Assembly (NCBI GenBank): GCA_963816185.1
Contig: CAWFJJ010000005.1
Coordinates: 160,001 to 224,000 of the forward strand
Length of the DNA: 64,000 bases
Source of the DNA: Thermoanaerobaculia bacterium
GTDB lineage: Bacteria > Acidobacteriota > Thermoanaerobaculia > UBA5066
Direction of reading: 5' to 3'
This document shows, piece after piece, positions 54,646 to 64,000 of this stretch (position 1 is the stretch's first letter; each line of letters begins with the position of its first letter). Position numbers and translations under genes: made by a program. Under the pieces are notes generated by a model that saw nothing but the letters and a program-made list of their open reading frames with translations, was not told the DNA's origin and ran no database searches.

Positions 54646-56796
54646 CTACGCCGGGGCCTGCCGGGCTCTCCGAAGGCTCGCAGGTGACGACGCGGGGCCG
54701 GGCGGGCGGAAGCGCACCCAGCCGTCTTCCGGGATCGCCTCCTGCGTGCGGCCGTCCGCGTCGAGCAGCGCGATCCGGAACGAAAGCGCGGCCCGTGCGC
54801 CGAGGGAGCAGGGCAGCCGCACCTCGAGCACTCGTTCCAGCCCCACCCGGAGGCCGCCGTCGCCGGTCACGCCGGGCGAAAGGTGCAGATCCGTCGAAAC
54901 GGGAGCGTCGCCGTCGCCCGGCGGCTGGATCTCGACGCGCAACGTCCGGCCATGAAAGACCGACGCATCCGTCTCGGGGTCGAGCCTGAGGAAGAGCGTG
55001 TCGCCCGCCGCGGACGCGCCGAAGAGAACCTGTTTCACGAGACCCGCGCTGCGGTGCATCGTGCCGCGGCTTCCGCCCCTGACGCAGCCCGCGCCCGCCC
55101 AGTCCGCATCACCGGCGAGGCCGTCCACCGCCGGCCAGAGCGCGCTTCCGGGCGGCATGACCTCGGGCCCGTGGAGGGGGTCGACGGGCTCCAGGAGCTC
55201 GGGCGGCACGGGACGCGCGGCTGCGCGGTACGCGGCGACGAGGTGCTTGCGAAACAGCGCGTCGAAGACCGCATCATGCGCCGAGGAGTGGTCGTCGCCG
55301 AGCCACCAGAACCAGTCGGACGCTTCGGCGGCGAAGAGCGCGGCCTTGGCCGCAGCCGGCGTCGCGTCGCCGCTCAGGACCTCGGCGGGGGAAACCACGG
55401 GCGCGGCGGCGATCTTTCCCCCGAGAGCCTCCCGCGCGGTATGGAGGAGGCTCCAGGCTTTGTTCTTCGGAGGCGCGCCGATCCACGTGGCGAGGTTCCC
55501 GTCGACCCACGACCCCGCGACGACGCGTTCGAGGCTCGCGGGCGGAGCCGTGAGGCGTTGGAGCGCCTCCGAGGGCGTCACGACCTCGAAGTCCTGCCGC
55601 GCCGCGAGCGCCGCCGCGAGAGCGCGCAGGAACGGCGCGCCGTTGTCGGGATACGCCTCCCATGCGTTCTCGCCGTCGAGGATCACGGGGACCGTGAGCT
55701 CGGCCTCGGGCGCGGCCTCACGGATCGAGAGCAGGCGGGCGACGAAGTCGGCCGCGGCGTCGCCGGGATCCCACGTCGCGTACGAAAAGCCGATCCGGTC
55801 CGAGAGGACGCGGTCGCGGAAGAAGATGGCGGGCGACGGGACGCCTGCGAGACGCCACGGGCGGAACACCGTGCGCGCGCGGTCGCCCTCGCCGAAGTCG
55901 CGCTTTCCGGCCGGCAGCGACTGCAGGAGGACGGCCTCGTCCGACGCCGTCCACGCGACGCCGGCCTCTCCGAGCAGCGCGAGCGTGCCCTCCGAGAGCG
56001 CCCCCTCGGGCGGCCACATCCCGCGCGGGCGGAAGCCGAAGTACTTTTCGAACGTCCCGAGGCCGAGCGCGAGCTGCGACCGCGCGTCGTCGGAGTGCGA
56101 GAAGCGAGGCACTGGAACCGGCAGGTCGGGACGCGCATCGCGGCCCGCGCTCGAGTCCAGGAGGAGCGGCAGGATCGGGTGGTGGTAGGGGCTCGTCGCG
56201 GCCTCGACCAGTCCCGACTCGAAGGCGCTCTTCCACGCGGGGATCACGCGGGAGAGGAACGCCGCCTGGTGGTCGAGGAGCGCGTTCTTTTCCGTCTCGG
56301 TGAAGCCGTGCCCGCGCTTGCGCAGGTGGACGATGAGTTGATCCTTCTGGAGGGCGGGCCCCGACCACGCGAGGTGGAACAGGACCACGAGGTCCGTGAG
56401 GTCGGAGGGGGAGAGCGCTTCTCCCTCGTCGGCGCGCTTCTGGAGATCCGCGAGGCGCGGAAACCTCTCGAGGATCCGCGGGTGGACGGCGAAGAAATTC
56501 TGTCGGGCGAAGCGTACGGCGGCCGAATCCCACTCCGTCGCGGGTGTCCTCGCGACGTCGAGGAACGCATCCGAACCGCCTCGCGCGAGGAGGTCGATCT
56601 GGTCGAGAAGGGCGGGCACGAGGTTCGCGGTGTGGTGGATGCGCGGCTCCTCCGAGAGGAGAGCGGGCAGGTCGAAGTAGTCCTTCAGGGCGTGGAGGCG
56701 CACCCACGGGAGCGCGGGCGGCACGCCGTCGAACGTCGGATACCACGGCTGGTGGAAGTGCCAGAGGAAGACGACGCGGAGAGGCGGAGCGGTCAC
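54646..56796 (-). CDS. GH57 glycoside hydrolase (amylopullulanase-like)
   Basis: WHFHQP, PWVRLHALKDY, GMWPPEG, ILDGENAWE, SDWFWW. Confidence 0.9.
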   Translation of the reverse strand: MTAPPLRVVFLWHFHQPWYPTFDGVPPALPWVRLHALKDYFDLPALLSEEPRIHHTANLVPALLDQIDLLARGGSDAFLDVARTPATEWDSAAVRFARQNFFAVHPRILERFPRLADLQKRADEGEALSPSDLTDLVVLFHLAWSGPALQKDQLIVHLRKRGHGFTETEKNALLDHQAAFLSRVIPAWKSAFESGLVEAATSPYHHPILPLLLDSSAGRDARPDLPVPVPRFSHSDDARSQLALGLGTFEKYFGFRPRGMWPPEGALSEGTLALLGEAGVAWTASDEAVLLQSLPAGKRDFGEGDRARTVFRPWRLAGVPSPAIFFRDRVLSDRIGFSYATWDPGDAAADFVARLLSIREAAPEAELTVPVILDGENAWEAYPDNGAPFLRALAAALAARQDFEVVTPSEALQRLTAPPASLERVVAGSWVDGNLATWIGAPPKNKAWSLLHTAREALGGKIAAAPVVSPAEVLSGDATPAAAKAALFAAEASDWFWWLGDDHSSAHDAVFDALFRKHLVAAYRAAARPVPPELLEPVDPLHGPEVMPPGSALWPAVDGLAGDADWAGAGCVRGGSRGTMHRSAGLVKQVLFGASAAGDTLFLRLDPETDASVFHGRTLRVEIQPPGDGDAPVSTDLHLSPGVTGDGGLRVGLERVLEVRLPCSLGARAALSFRIALLDADGRTQEAIPEDGWVRFRPPGPASSPASLRRARQAPA

Positions 56797-56861
56797 GCAC
56801 CCCCCTTTTATCGTCCGGGGCGGGCGGACACAAGTTGCGGCCGGCTGCTAGAATCCGCATC

Positions 56862-56991
56862 CCCGGGCCCCCGGATGAGTTCGGGTCCCGCGCGACGGTC
56901 CCCTCCGAACCGTGTCAGGTCCGGAAGGAAGCAGCACTCAGGAGAAAGGCCCGGGCGCCGCGGATCGCCCGGACTCATCGGGGGGCTCGGG
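56862..56991 (+). ncRNA. ffs: SRP 4.5S RNA
   Basis: GTCAGGTCCGGAAGGAAGCAGCAC domain IV in a long hairpin; TAGAAT upstream, T-run downstream; precedes dnaX. Confidence 0.93.
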
Positions 56992-57017
56992 CCCTTTTTT
57001 TCGAGTACAGTCTCGAC

Positions 57018-58932
57018 GTGACCGACCAGGCCTCCTACGTTCCCCTCGCCCGCAAATGGCGGCCCCGCAGGTTCGCGGACGTCGTGGGGCAGGACGAGAT
57101 CGTCCGCGCGCTCACGAACGCGGTTTCCGCCGACCGGCTCGCGCACGCGTACCTCTTTTCGGGGCCGCGCGGGGTCGGCAAGACGACGACGGCGCGCCTC
57201 CTCGCGGCCGCGATCAACTGCAGCTCGTCCGACCGGCCGACGGCGACTCCGTGCGGGATTTGCGCGTCTTGCGTGGAGGTGCTCGAGGGCCGCTCTCTGG
57301 ACACGCTCGAGATCGACGGCGCCACGCACGGCAAAGTGGACCAGGCGCGCGATCTCATCGAAGTCGTGGCGTACGCGCCCTCGCGTGACCGCCGGAAGGT
57401 GTTCATCATCGACGAGGTCCACGCGATCTCCTCGGCCGCCTTTCAGGCCCTCCTGAAGACTCTCGAAGAGCCGCCGTCTCACGCAGTCTTCATCCTGGCG
57501 ACGACCGAGAGGCACAAGATTCCCGCGACGATCCTGTCCCGCTGCCAGCGTTTCGACTTCCGCCGCCTCACGGACGACGAGGTCGCCGGGCGCCTCGAGG
57601 ACATCGCCCTCCGCGAGGACTTCGAGGTCGTCGACGCGGGGCAGGAGGCAAAGGGAGGGAAGCCCATCGTGGAGCGAACGGCGCTGGCCGCGCTCGCCGC
57701 GGCGGCCACGGGCAGCCTCCGGGACGGCCTCTCGCTCTTCGACCAGGCGGCCGCGCGCTCCGGCGGCGGCGTCCGGGCGGAAGACGTCGCGGCGCTTCTC
57801 GGCGCGCCCGACCGCACGGCGCTCGTCACGCTCCTCGGAGCGGTGCTGGCCTCCGACCGGATCGGCGTCTTCAAGGGCTGCGCCGAGCTCGAGGCCGCAG
57901 GCGCCGAGCCTCGAGCCACGCTCCACGACCTCACCGCGCTCGTGCGCGGCGCCGTGCGCCTCGCCGCCGACCCGTCGGCGCCGCCGCCGACGGGCCTCTC
58001 GGAGGAAGGCGCGGAGCGGGTGCGCGAATTCGCGCGCCTCACGCCCTACGCGACGCTCCTCCGCCTCCTCTCCCTCCTGTCGGAGTCCGACGGGACGCTG
58101 CGCCGCTCGGACGTGCCTGCCCTCGCCTTCGAGGTCCTGCTCCTGAAGGTCGCGGAGCTGCCTCGGCTCGTGCCGATAGAAGAAATTCTTGCCGGGAGGA
58201 TCCCCGCGCCACCCGGAGCGCCTGGCGCGTCGAGCGTGGGCGGGGCAGCGGGCGGCGGCGCCGGGGGATTTTCTTCGAAAGGTGATTTGGCCGCGGAGCG
58301 CAACGCGGGCGGCTCGCGTGCGAGCGGCGTCCCCGCGCCGCCCCGTCCCCCTCTTCCCCTTCTAAGAAGAAGCTACGGACGTTGCCGTCGCATCGCCAAA
58401 GCACGCCGCGCACCGCGCCCACAGTCTGCCGTCCGAAGCAGAAAATTCCTCCTCTTCCGACGTCCCCCGATTCGTCGGCCTGACGCCGCTGGAGATCGTT
58501 CCCGATCCCGTGCCGACGCCCGATCCCGCGGGCGCATTCCGCGCGGCCGTCGAGAAGAGGCACTCGCAGCTCGGGGCCGTCCTCGACGACGCGTCCATTC
58601 GGCTCGAAGGCAAGGACGTTTTCATCTCGCTCGACCCTCCGAGCATCGTGACCGAAAAGCGCCTCGCCGAGCCCGCGATGGCGAAGGTGCTCGAGGAAGC
58701 TGCGGTCGCCGTCCTCGGGAAGGGCGCGAAGGTGTCCGTCGAGAGCGTGACCCCGCCCGCGGGCGATCTCACGGCGGCCGCGGCCGTCGCCGACCCCCAG
58801 ACGCTCGAAAGAGAGCATCTGAAAATGAAGGTTGCGACCGACGAACGCGTGAAAAGGATGATGGATCTCTTCGGGGGCGAGATCGCCGAGGTGAAACGCG
58901 ACGGCGGGCCCGACCGGGCGAAAGGCCGCTGA
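57018..58932 (+). CDS. dnaX: DNA polymerase III tau/gamma, split by a +1 frameshift near 58365-58460
   Basis: LARKWRP, GPRGVGKTT, IDEVH, SRCQ in one frame; tau C-terminus (VKRMMDLFGGEI) in the +1 frame, open from 58366. Confidence 0.88.
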
Positions 58933-58935
58933 GAA

Positions 58936-59544
58936 GTGGCCGGCCTCCCGGCGTTCGACCGGCTCGTGGCCGCGCTCGAGAAGCTGCCGGGCATCGGTCC
59001 GAAGAGCGCGCGCCGGCTCGCGTACCACCTCCTGGCCGCGCCCGAGTACGACGCCGGGGCGCTCACGGCCGCGCTGGCCGAGGCGCGGGCGCGCACGCGC
59101 TCGTGCTCGGTCTGCCACGCCCTCACCGAGGCCGATCCGTGCGCGATCTGCTCGGACTCGTCGCGCGACCTTCGCCTCCTCGCGGTCGTGGAGGACGCGG
59201 CCGACGCGGACGTCCTCGAGAGGACGCACGAGTTCCGGGGCCGCTACCACGTGCTGGGCGGGGCGCTCGCGCCCTTGCGCGGCATCGGGCCGGACGACCT
59301 CAACGTCGCCGATCTCCTCGTGCGCGTCGAGTCTCCGGCCGCCGGCGAAAGCGTGGAGGAGGTCGTTCTGGCGACGAATCCGAACGTCGAGGGCGAGTCC
59401 ACGGCCCTCTACCTGGCCCGCCGCCTCAAGCCGCTCGGGGTGAAGGTGACGCGCCTCGCTCTGGGCCTTCCGGTGGGCGCCGCGCTCGAGTTCGCGGACG
59501 AGGTGACCCTCGGGAGGTCCCTCTCGGGCCGCCGGGAGATCTGA
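58936..59544 (+). CDS. recR: RecR
   Basis: LPGIGPKSA, C4 zinc finger, ATNPNVEGE. Confidence 0.96.
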   Translation: MAGLPAFDRLVAALEKLPGIGPKSARRLAYHLLAAPEYDAGALTAALAEARARTRSCSVCHALTEADPCAICSDSSRDLRLLAVVEDAADADVLERTHEFRGRYHVLGGALAPLRGIGPDDLNVADLLVRVESPAAGESVEEVVLATNPNVEGESTALYLARRLKPLGVKVTRLALGLPVGAALEFADEVTLGRSLSGRREI

Positions 59545-59570
59545 TCGGTTAGACTTGCGTGTAAAAGCGC

Positions 59571-60065
59571 ATGTCGGATTTCATTCTTTTTGACGAGGAG
59601 TTTCATCAGATCAAGGACGTCATCGGACGCCTGAAGGCGGATGCCCAGGCGAAAGTCGTCTTCATCGTCGACAAGAACGGACAACAGATCGCCGCCCAGG
59701 GCGACATTCAATCCCTCGACACGACGTCGCTCGCGTCGCTCACCGCCGGCAACGTCGCCGCGACGGATGGCCTCGCGCGGCTCATCGGCGAAAAGGAATT
59801 CCCCGTCCTCTTTCACGAAGGCGAGCGCGACAACGTCTATATCTCGATCGTCGGCCAGCGCGTCATCCTCGTCGTCATCTTCGACGAGCGCTCGTCTCTC
59901 GGCCTCGTGCGGCTGCGAGTGCGCAAAGCGAACGGCGAGCTCGAGCGCATCTTCGACACGATCCAGAGGAAGGTCGAGAGCGAAAAAACGCGCCGCCAGG
60001 AGGGCTACGACTCGCCGTTCGCCGAGATCACAGACGAAGACATCGACAGCCTTTTCCGCGAGTAG
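59571..60065 (+). CDS. mglB: MglB roadblock/LC7 protein
   Basis: DTTSLASLTAGNVAATDGLA, SSLGLVRLR. Confidence 0.93.
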   Translation: MSDFILFDEEFHQIKDVIGRLKADAQAKVVFIVDKNGQQIAAQGDIQSLDTTSLASLTAGNVAATDGLARLIGEKEFPVLFHEGERDNVYISIVGQRVILVVIFDERSSLGLVRLRVRKANGELERIFDTIQRKVESEKTRRQEGYDSPFAEITDEDIDSLFRE

Positions 60066-60071
60066 CCGCGC

Positions 60072-60656
60072 ATGACGTTCATCAACTACGCCGCGCGGGA
60101 GATCAACTGCAAGATCGTCTACTACGGACCCGGCCTCTGCGGGAAGACCACGAACCTGCAGTACATCTACGACCGCACGAACCCCGCCGCCAAGGGCAAG
60201 CTCATCTCGCTCGCCACCGAGACGGACCGGACTCTCTTCTTCGATTTCCTCCCGCTCGACCTCGGCACCGTCCGCGGCTTCAAGACGCGCTTCCACCTCT
60301 ACACGGTGCCCGGGCAGGTCTTCTACGACGCGAGCCGCAAGCTCATCCTGAAGGGCGTCGACGGCGTCGTCTTCGTGGCCGACTCGCAGGAAGCGCGCAT
60401 GGACGCGAACGTCGAGTCGCTCCAGAACCTCGAGAAGAACCTCGTCGATCACGGGTTCGACCTGCAGGCGATTCCATACGTCCTGCAGCTCAACAAGCGC
60501 GACCTGCCGACGGCCATTCCCGCCGAGGAGCTCTACCGCCAGCTCAATTTCAAGGGAGAGCCCACGTTCGAGGCGACCGCCCCGACCGGCCAGGGCGTCT
60601 TCGACACGCTCAAGGCCGTGGCGAAGCAGGTTCTGATGGAGCTGCGGAAGAAATAG
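60072..60656 (+). CDS. mglA: MglA small GTPase
   Basis: [30 protein letters not shown]. Confidence 0.96.
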   Translation: MTFINYAAREINCKIVYYGPGLCGKTTNLQYIYDRTNPAAKGKLISLATETDRTLFFDFLPLDLGTVRGFKTRFHLYTVPGQVFYDASRKLILKGVDGVVFVADSQEARMDANVESLQNLEKNLVDHGFDLQAIPYVLQLNKRDLPTAIPAEELYRQLNFKGEPTFEATAPTGQGVFDTLKAVAKQVLMELRKK

Positions 60657-60720
60657 CCGGAGCGGCGAAGCTTCCACGGTCCTGGCTCATGTTTGACTCC
60701 CCATCCTCGAAAGCTCGGCA

Positions 60721-61608
60721 TTGATTCCCGTGCTGAGGCGCCTGTCGCACCCTCCCCTTCGCTGGCGCGGTTCTACTCTCGGTCTTGCTCCCGGCCTGCG
60801 CGCGCAGGGTGGCGCCGCCGGTGGAGAGCCCGACGGAATCGATCTCGGCGGGCGTCACGCATCGCATCGTGGTGCGGTCCCAGCCGACACCCCTCGTGAT
60901 GCACATCGTGGAGATCGATCTCGAGAAGGCGCCGGGCACCTTGAAGGTGGCCGCGAATCAGTCGGTCCCGGACGGAAGCCTGATCGCCACGACGGTCAGC
61001 CAGCTCGCGGCGAAAGCTGATTTTTCCGTAGCCGTGAACGCGAACTTCTTCCAGGTGCCGGGCGGCCGGTATCCGAAGGAGGGCGATCGCGCGAAGGCCG
61101 TCGGAGGAGTGATCCTCGAGGGCCGGACGGTTTCGCCGAAGGGCCCGGAACACGGCCTCATCAATGCGGGACTCTGCATCGAGGGACGGAACGTGCGCGT
61201 CGAAAAGGGCTTCGAGTGTCGCGGCGCGACGTGCGGTCTCGCGTCCGGTCCGCTCCTGCTCTGGCGGGGAGAGCCGGTCGACACGGGCCTCGCGGACAGG
61301 ATCTTCAGATCTCCGCGCCATCCGCGCACCGCGTTTGGGGTGGACTCGGCCCGCCGGAAGGTCTGGCTGATCGTCGCGGACGGGCGGCAGGAGGGTGTGA
61401 GCGAAGGCGCGACGCTGGACGAGCTGAAGCAGACGCTGAAAGAAGCTCGGCGCCGTCGACGCCCTCAACCTCGACGGCGGCGGCTCCTCCACCCTCGTCG
61501 CCCGCGTGAACGGAACCCTCCGAGTCCTCAACGTGCCCGTCCACGAGAGGATCCCGGGCCGCGAGCGGCCGGTCGTGACGGCTCTGGGGATGACCGAAAG
61601 GGAGTAAC
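60721..61608 (+). CDS. Phosphodiester glycosidase (NAGPA-like) lipoprotein with apparent frameshifts near 60750 and 61441
   Basis: LPAC lipobox, AVNANFF, HPRTAFG, ADGRQ; ALNLDGGGSS lies in a shifted frame. Confidence 0.75.
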
Positions 61609-61649
61609 AGACCTCGAGCAGCCGATCTGCTTGTGCTACGATGTGCGTC

Positions 61650-61925
61650 ATGAGCGACGGCGTGAACGTGCGCGACCTGCGGCAGAACCTGAGCGTCCAT
61701 CTGCGCCTCGTCAAGGCCGGGCGGACGCTGCGGGTCCTCGAGCGCGGGCGCCCCGTCGCGCTCCTCACGCCGCTTCCGGGGCACGGGAGCGCGCTGGAAC
61801 GGCTCGTCTCGTCCGGCCGCGCGGTGCCCCCGAGGCTCGAGCTCGCCGAGCTGTCTCCCCCGCGGGCGGTGGAGGGGAGCCTGACGGCGAGCGAGGCGCT
61901 CCGCCAGCAGCGCGACGAGCGGTGA
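61650..61925 (+). CDS. Phd/YefM-family antitoxin
   Basis: VNVRDLRQNLS..L..V..G, RGRPVALL. Confidence 0.88.
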   Translation: MSDGVNVRDLRQNLSVHLRLVKAGRTLRVLERGRPVALLTPLPGHGSALERLVSSGRAVPPRLELAELSPPRAVEGSLTASEALRQQRDER

Positions 61926-62329
61926 CGGCCGAGCTCGTCTATCTCGACTCGTCGGCGCTCGTGAAGCTCGTCGTGCGCGAGGCGGAGAGCGACGCCGTGC
62001 GCGCCTGGCTGGTGGAGCACGCGGCGACCGTCACCTCGGCGCTCGCCGTGACGGAGGTGCGGCGGGCCGTCTCTCGCCTCTCGCCGCAGCGCGGTCTCCT
62101 GGACCGTGCGCGGCTCGTGCTGGACGGCGTCGCGTTGCTCGCCGTGAACCACGACATCCTCGAGAGGGCCGTGCGGCTCGCGCCCAAGGAGCTCCGGACG
62201 CTGGACGCGATCCACATCGCGTCGGCCCTCTCGCTTGGAACCGACCTCCTCGCCTTCGTCTCGTACGACGACCGTCAGGGGGCGGCCGCCCGCAGGGCGG
62301 GTCTGCCGCTCGTCCGGCCGGGCACGTGA
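61922..62329 (+). CDS. vapC: VapC PIN toxin
   Basis: YLDSSALVK, LRTLDAIHIASA, SYDDR; GTGA overlap with antitoxin. Confidence 0.9.
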   Translation: MTAELVYLDSSALVKLVVREAESDAVRAWLVEHAATVTSALAVTEVRRAVSRLSPQRGLLDRARLVLDGVALLAVNHDILERAVRLAPKELRTLDAIHIASALSLGTDLLAFVSYDDRQGAAARRAGLPLVRPGT

Positions 62330-62372
62330 GGAATGGCTCAGCGTTTCGGCGGCGGTCAAAACGCGGGACGAA

Positions 62373-62817
62373 TCAGCGCTTCGAGACCTTCGAAGCGGCC
62401 TCGAGCACCCGGACCTCGATCTCCTTAACACGCGTGAGGCCGGCGGTCGGTCGTCACGAAAGCCGACGCTCCGGCGGCGAGAGCGGTGGCGAGGTGGATG
62501 GCATCTGCAGTCCGCACGTCATACCGGGCGCGAAGGCCGGCGGCGCGCCGGGCGATGTCCATGTCGACGTCCAGGACGACGACGCCGGCCGATTCCGCGA
62601 AAAGGCTCTCGTAACGCCGCACGAGAGCGTCGTCCTCCCTGCGCATTGCCCCGGTGAGCACTTCCAGCACGGCAATCACCGACGTGACCGCTGTCGCGCG
62701 TCCCTCTTCGATCTCGCGAAAGATGGGCTCGACGGCGGGAAGAAACGCTGGATTCTGCTCGATCCAGAGGATCCAAGGGCCTGTATCGAGTGCGAGGACG
62801 GGGAGAGCGCGGCTCAC
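62373..62817 (-). CDS. PIN-domain toxin; apparent frameshift near 62440 (uncorrected stop at 62425)
   Basis: ALDTGPWI, RTADAIHLATA, FVTTDR; LTRVKEIEV continues in a shifted frame. Confidence 0.8.
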
Positions 62818-63041
62818 CAGCCTTCGCGCTCGCGATCGACGTATTTTTGGACGTCGACGCCCCGCCAGATCTCGGCACCGACCCCGCGGAAGTCGTTGAC
62901 GGTGTACTTGCGCGGCCTCGTCAAGGCCTCGGCGAGAAGGACCTGGGCCTCTGCGGCAACGGAACGACCTTCACGCTTCGCCTGCTTTTTCAGCTTCTGA
63001 TAGAGGCCGTCGGGGAAGTTCTTGACGTTGAGGGTCGCCAT
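62814..63041 (-). CDS. FitA-like ribbon-helix-helix antitoxin
   Basis: MATLNVKNFPDGLYQKLKKQAKREGRSVAAE. Confidence 0.85.
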   Translation of the reverse strand: MATLNVKNFPDGLYQKLKKQAKREGRSVAAEAQVLLAEALTRPRKYTVNDFRGVGAEIWRGVDVQKYVDREREGW

Positions 63042-63119
63042 GGGCGTTCCTCCAAAACGCCTCCATTCTACCTCCTTCTCGTTCCGCGCTCGGATGGCCG
63101 CCCGGGGGTCCATGGCCAG

Positions 63120-63248
63120 CGGGCGTTCGGCTCCGAGCACGAGGCCGTTCACATTTCGAACATCGAAACGCGTGTCCTTCCGAGCCTGACGATCCTGCCG
63201 TTCGACGTTGCGGTCGCGCGCGTTTATGGGCGGATCGTCGTTGGTTGA
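63120..63248 (+). pseudogene. Fragment of another PIN/VapC gene
   Basis: NIETRVLPSLTILPFDVAVARVYGRI resembles the VapC ILPFD..AA..YG segment; no start or C-terminus. Confidence 0.5.
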
Positions 63249-63276
63249 TCCTCAACCTGTCAGAATCGGCTTCAAC

Positions 63277-63809
63277 ATGCACCGAAGGAAGGACCTGTCA
63301 GCTATGCGCCGCGCCCTGGACGAGGCCGTACCGCGACCGGCCCAAGACGCGAAGCAGGAGGACAAAAAGAACTACGCTGAGAGACTTTCTAACGCGCTCG
63401 CGACTATGGTTGCGAATGGCCTGCGCGTCGATTTGGGGGCATCACGCCAGAGAAGGATGGAACCCGACAGGAGAACCGTGCCCGAACGGCGAAGGCGACC
63501 AAGAAACTCGATGTGAACTACAGTACGACCGATCTGGGACTCGGTCTAGGAGTCTCGATCAAGACGATAAATTTCCGCGACGGTAAGTCGGGGCGATATA
63601 CGAAGAACTTCACTCGAGTCGACAACGAGTTAAGGGCGGAAGCGATCGACTACCACGTCAGGCAGCCGTTCGCCGTGCTCGTGGGGCTGGTTTTCCTCCC
63701 ATACGACGCCTGCGAGGATGGCCGAACGACTCACTCGTCTTTCGGTGGCGCCGTCAGAGTGTTCCATTACCGGGCTAATCGCACCGATACGACGAAGGAG
63801 GCTCAGTGA
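63277..63809 (+). pseudogene. PD-(D/E)xK restriction-endonuclease-like gene, frameshifted near 63435 and truncated by an IS
   Basis: Joined frames give KKLDVNYST..GVSIKTINFRD..KNFTRVDNELRAEA; stop supplied by the IS terminal TGA; lower GC. Confidence 0.6.
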
Positions 63810-64000
63810 AACGCCCCGGGTTCTCCGGAGACCTGTTTATCTGAGTCCAGCCACTGCGGCTGGGGTTTCCTGACTGCGATAGTAGGCCGCCTCGTACTCG
63901 GCCGGGGGCACGTAGCCGATGGGACCGAGAAGCCTTCGGTTGTTAAACCAGTCGACCCATTCCAGAACAGCAATTTCCACTTCGTCGATATTTCGCCAGG
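63807..64000 (-). mobile_element. IS3-family element (IS6110/IS51-like), right end with OrfB C-terminus at 63837-64000
   Basis: Terminal IR TGAAACGCCCCGGGTTCTCCGGAGAC; WVDWFNNRRLLGPIGYVPPAEYEAAYY. Confidence 0.92.

Noticed and set aside
56544-59552. 1002-aa DnaX
   Set aside because: N-terminus overlaps ffs and the GH57 gene; C-terminus is off-frame read-through over recR
60785-62329. Apparent NAGPA-VapC fusion (514 aa)
   Set aside because: Artefact of the frameshift near 61441; the antitoxin lies between in another frame and vapC has its own GTG
1-64000. CRISPR array, rRNA, selenocysteine read-through, dsrEFH/sox genes
   Set aside because: No regular repeats, rRNA signatures, in-frame TGA at Cys positions or such genes were seen

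Overview
High-GC bacterial window; Acidobacteriota (Thermoanaerobaculia-like) is my inference from the dsrABDL/dsrMK2/apr-qmo-sat layout, not a database result. Bases 1-33.9k hold a compact dissimilatory sulfate-reduction locus. On the minus strand: dsrM2K2, dsrABD-dsrL-dsrN-HEAT-TPR-dsrC-dsrT-dsrMKJOP, a persulfide-reductase-like flavoprotein, cysG, a binding-protein/kinase/sigma54-activator trio, and a hexaheme cytochrome c-TauE fusion missed by the ORF track. On the plus strand: aprBA, two Cys-rich genes, qmoABC and sat. Bases 34-48.7k hold an uncharacterised redox-signalling block: Rrf2, a degenerate macro domain, a third DsrMK-like pair whose Fe-S subunit is fused to a receiver domain, two kinases, four stand-alone receivers, a CMK-like/BON protein, TauE, and an orphan PEP-dikinase with a gutted paralog. 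The main sulfur promoters look sigma54-dependent, share a GTHAC-N6-GTAAC upstream motif, and two carry Rex-like boxes over the -24 element. The rest is core genome (tadA, 2 tRNA-Ser, 2 GH57 genes, SRP RNA, dnaX, recR, mglBA), then PIN toxin-antitoxin modules and a nuclease gene truncated by an IS3-family element. Several single-base frameshifts in the last 6 kb may be assembly errors. All calls are from reading motifs by eye; no searches were run.
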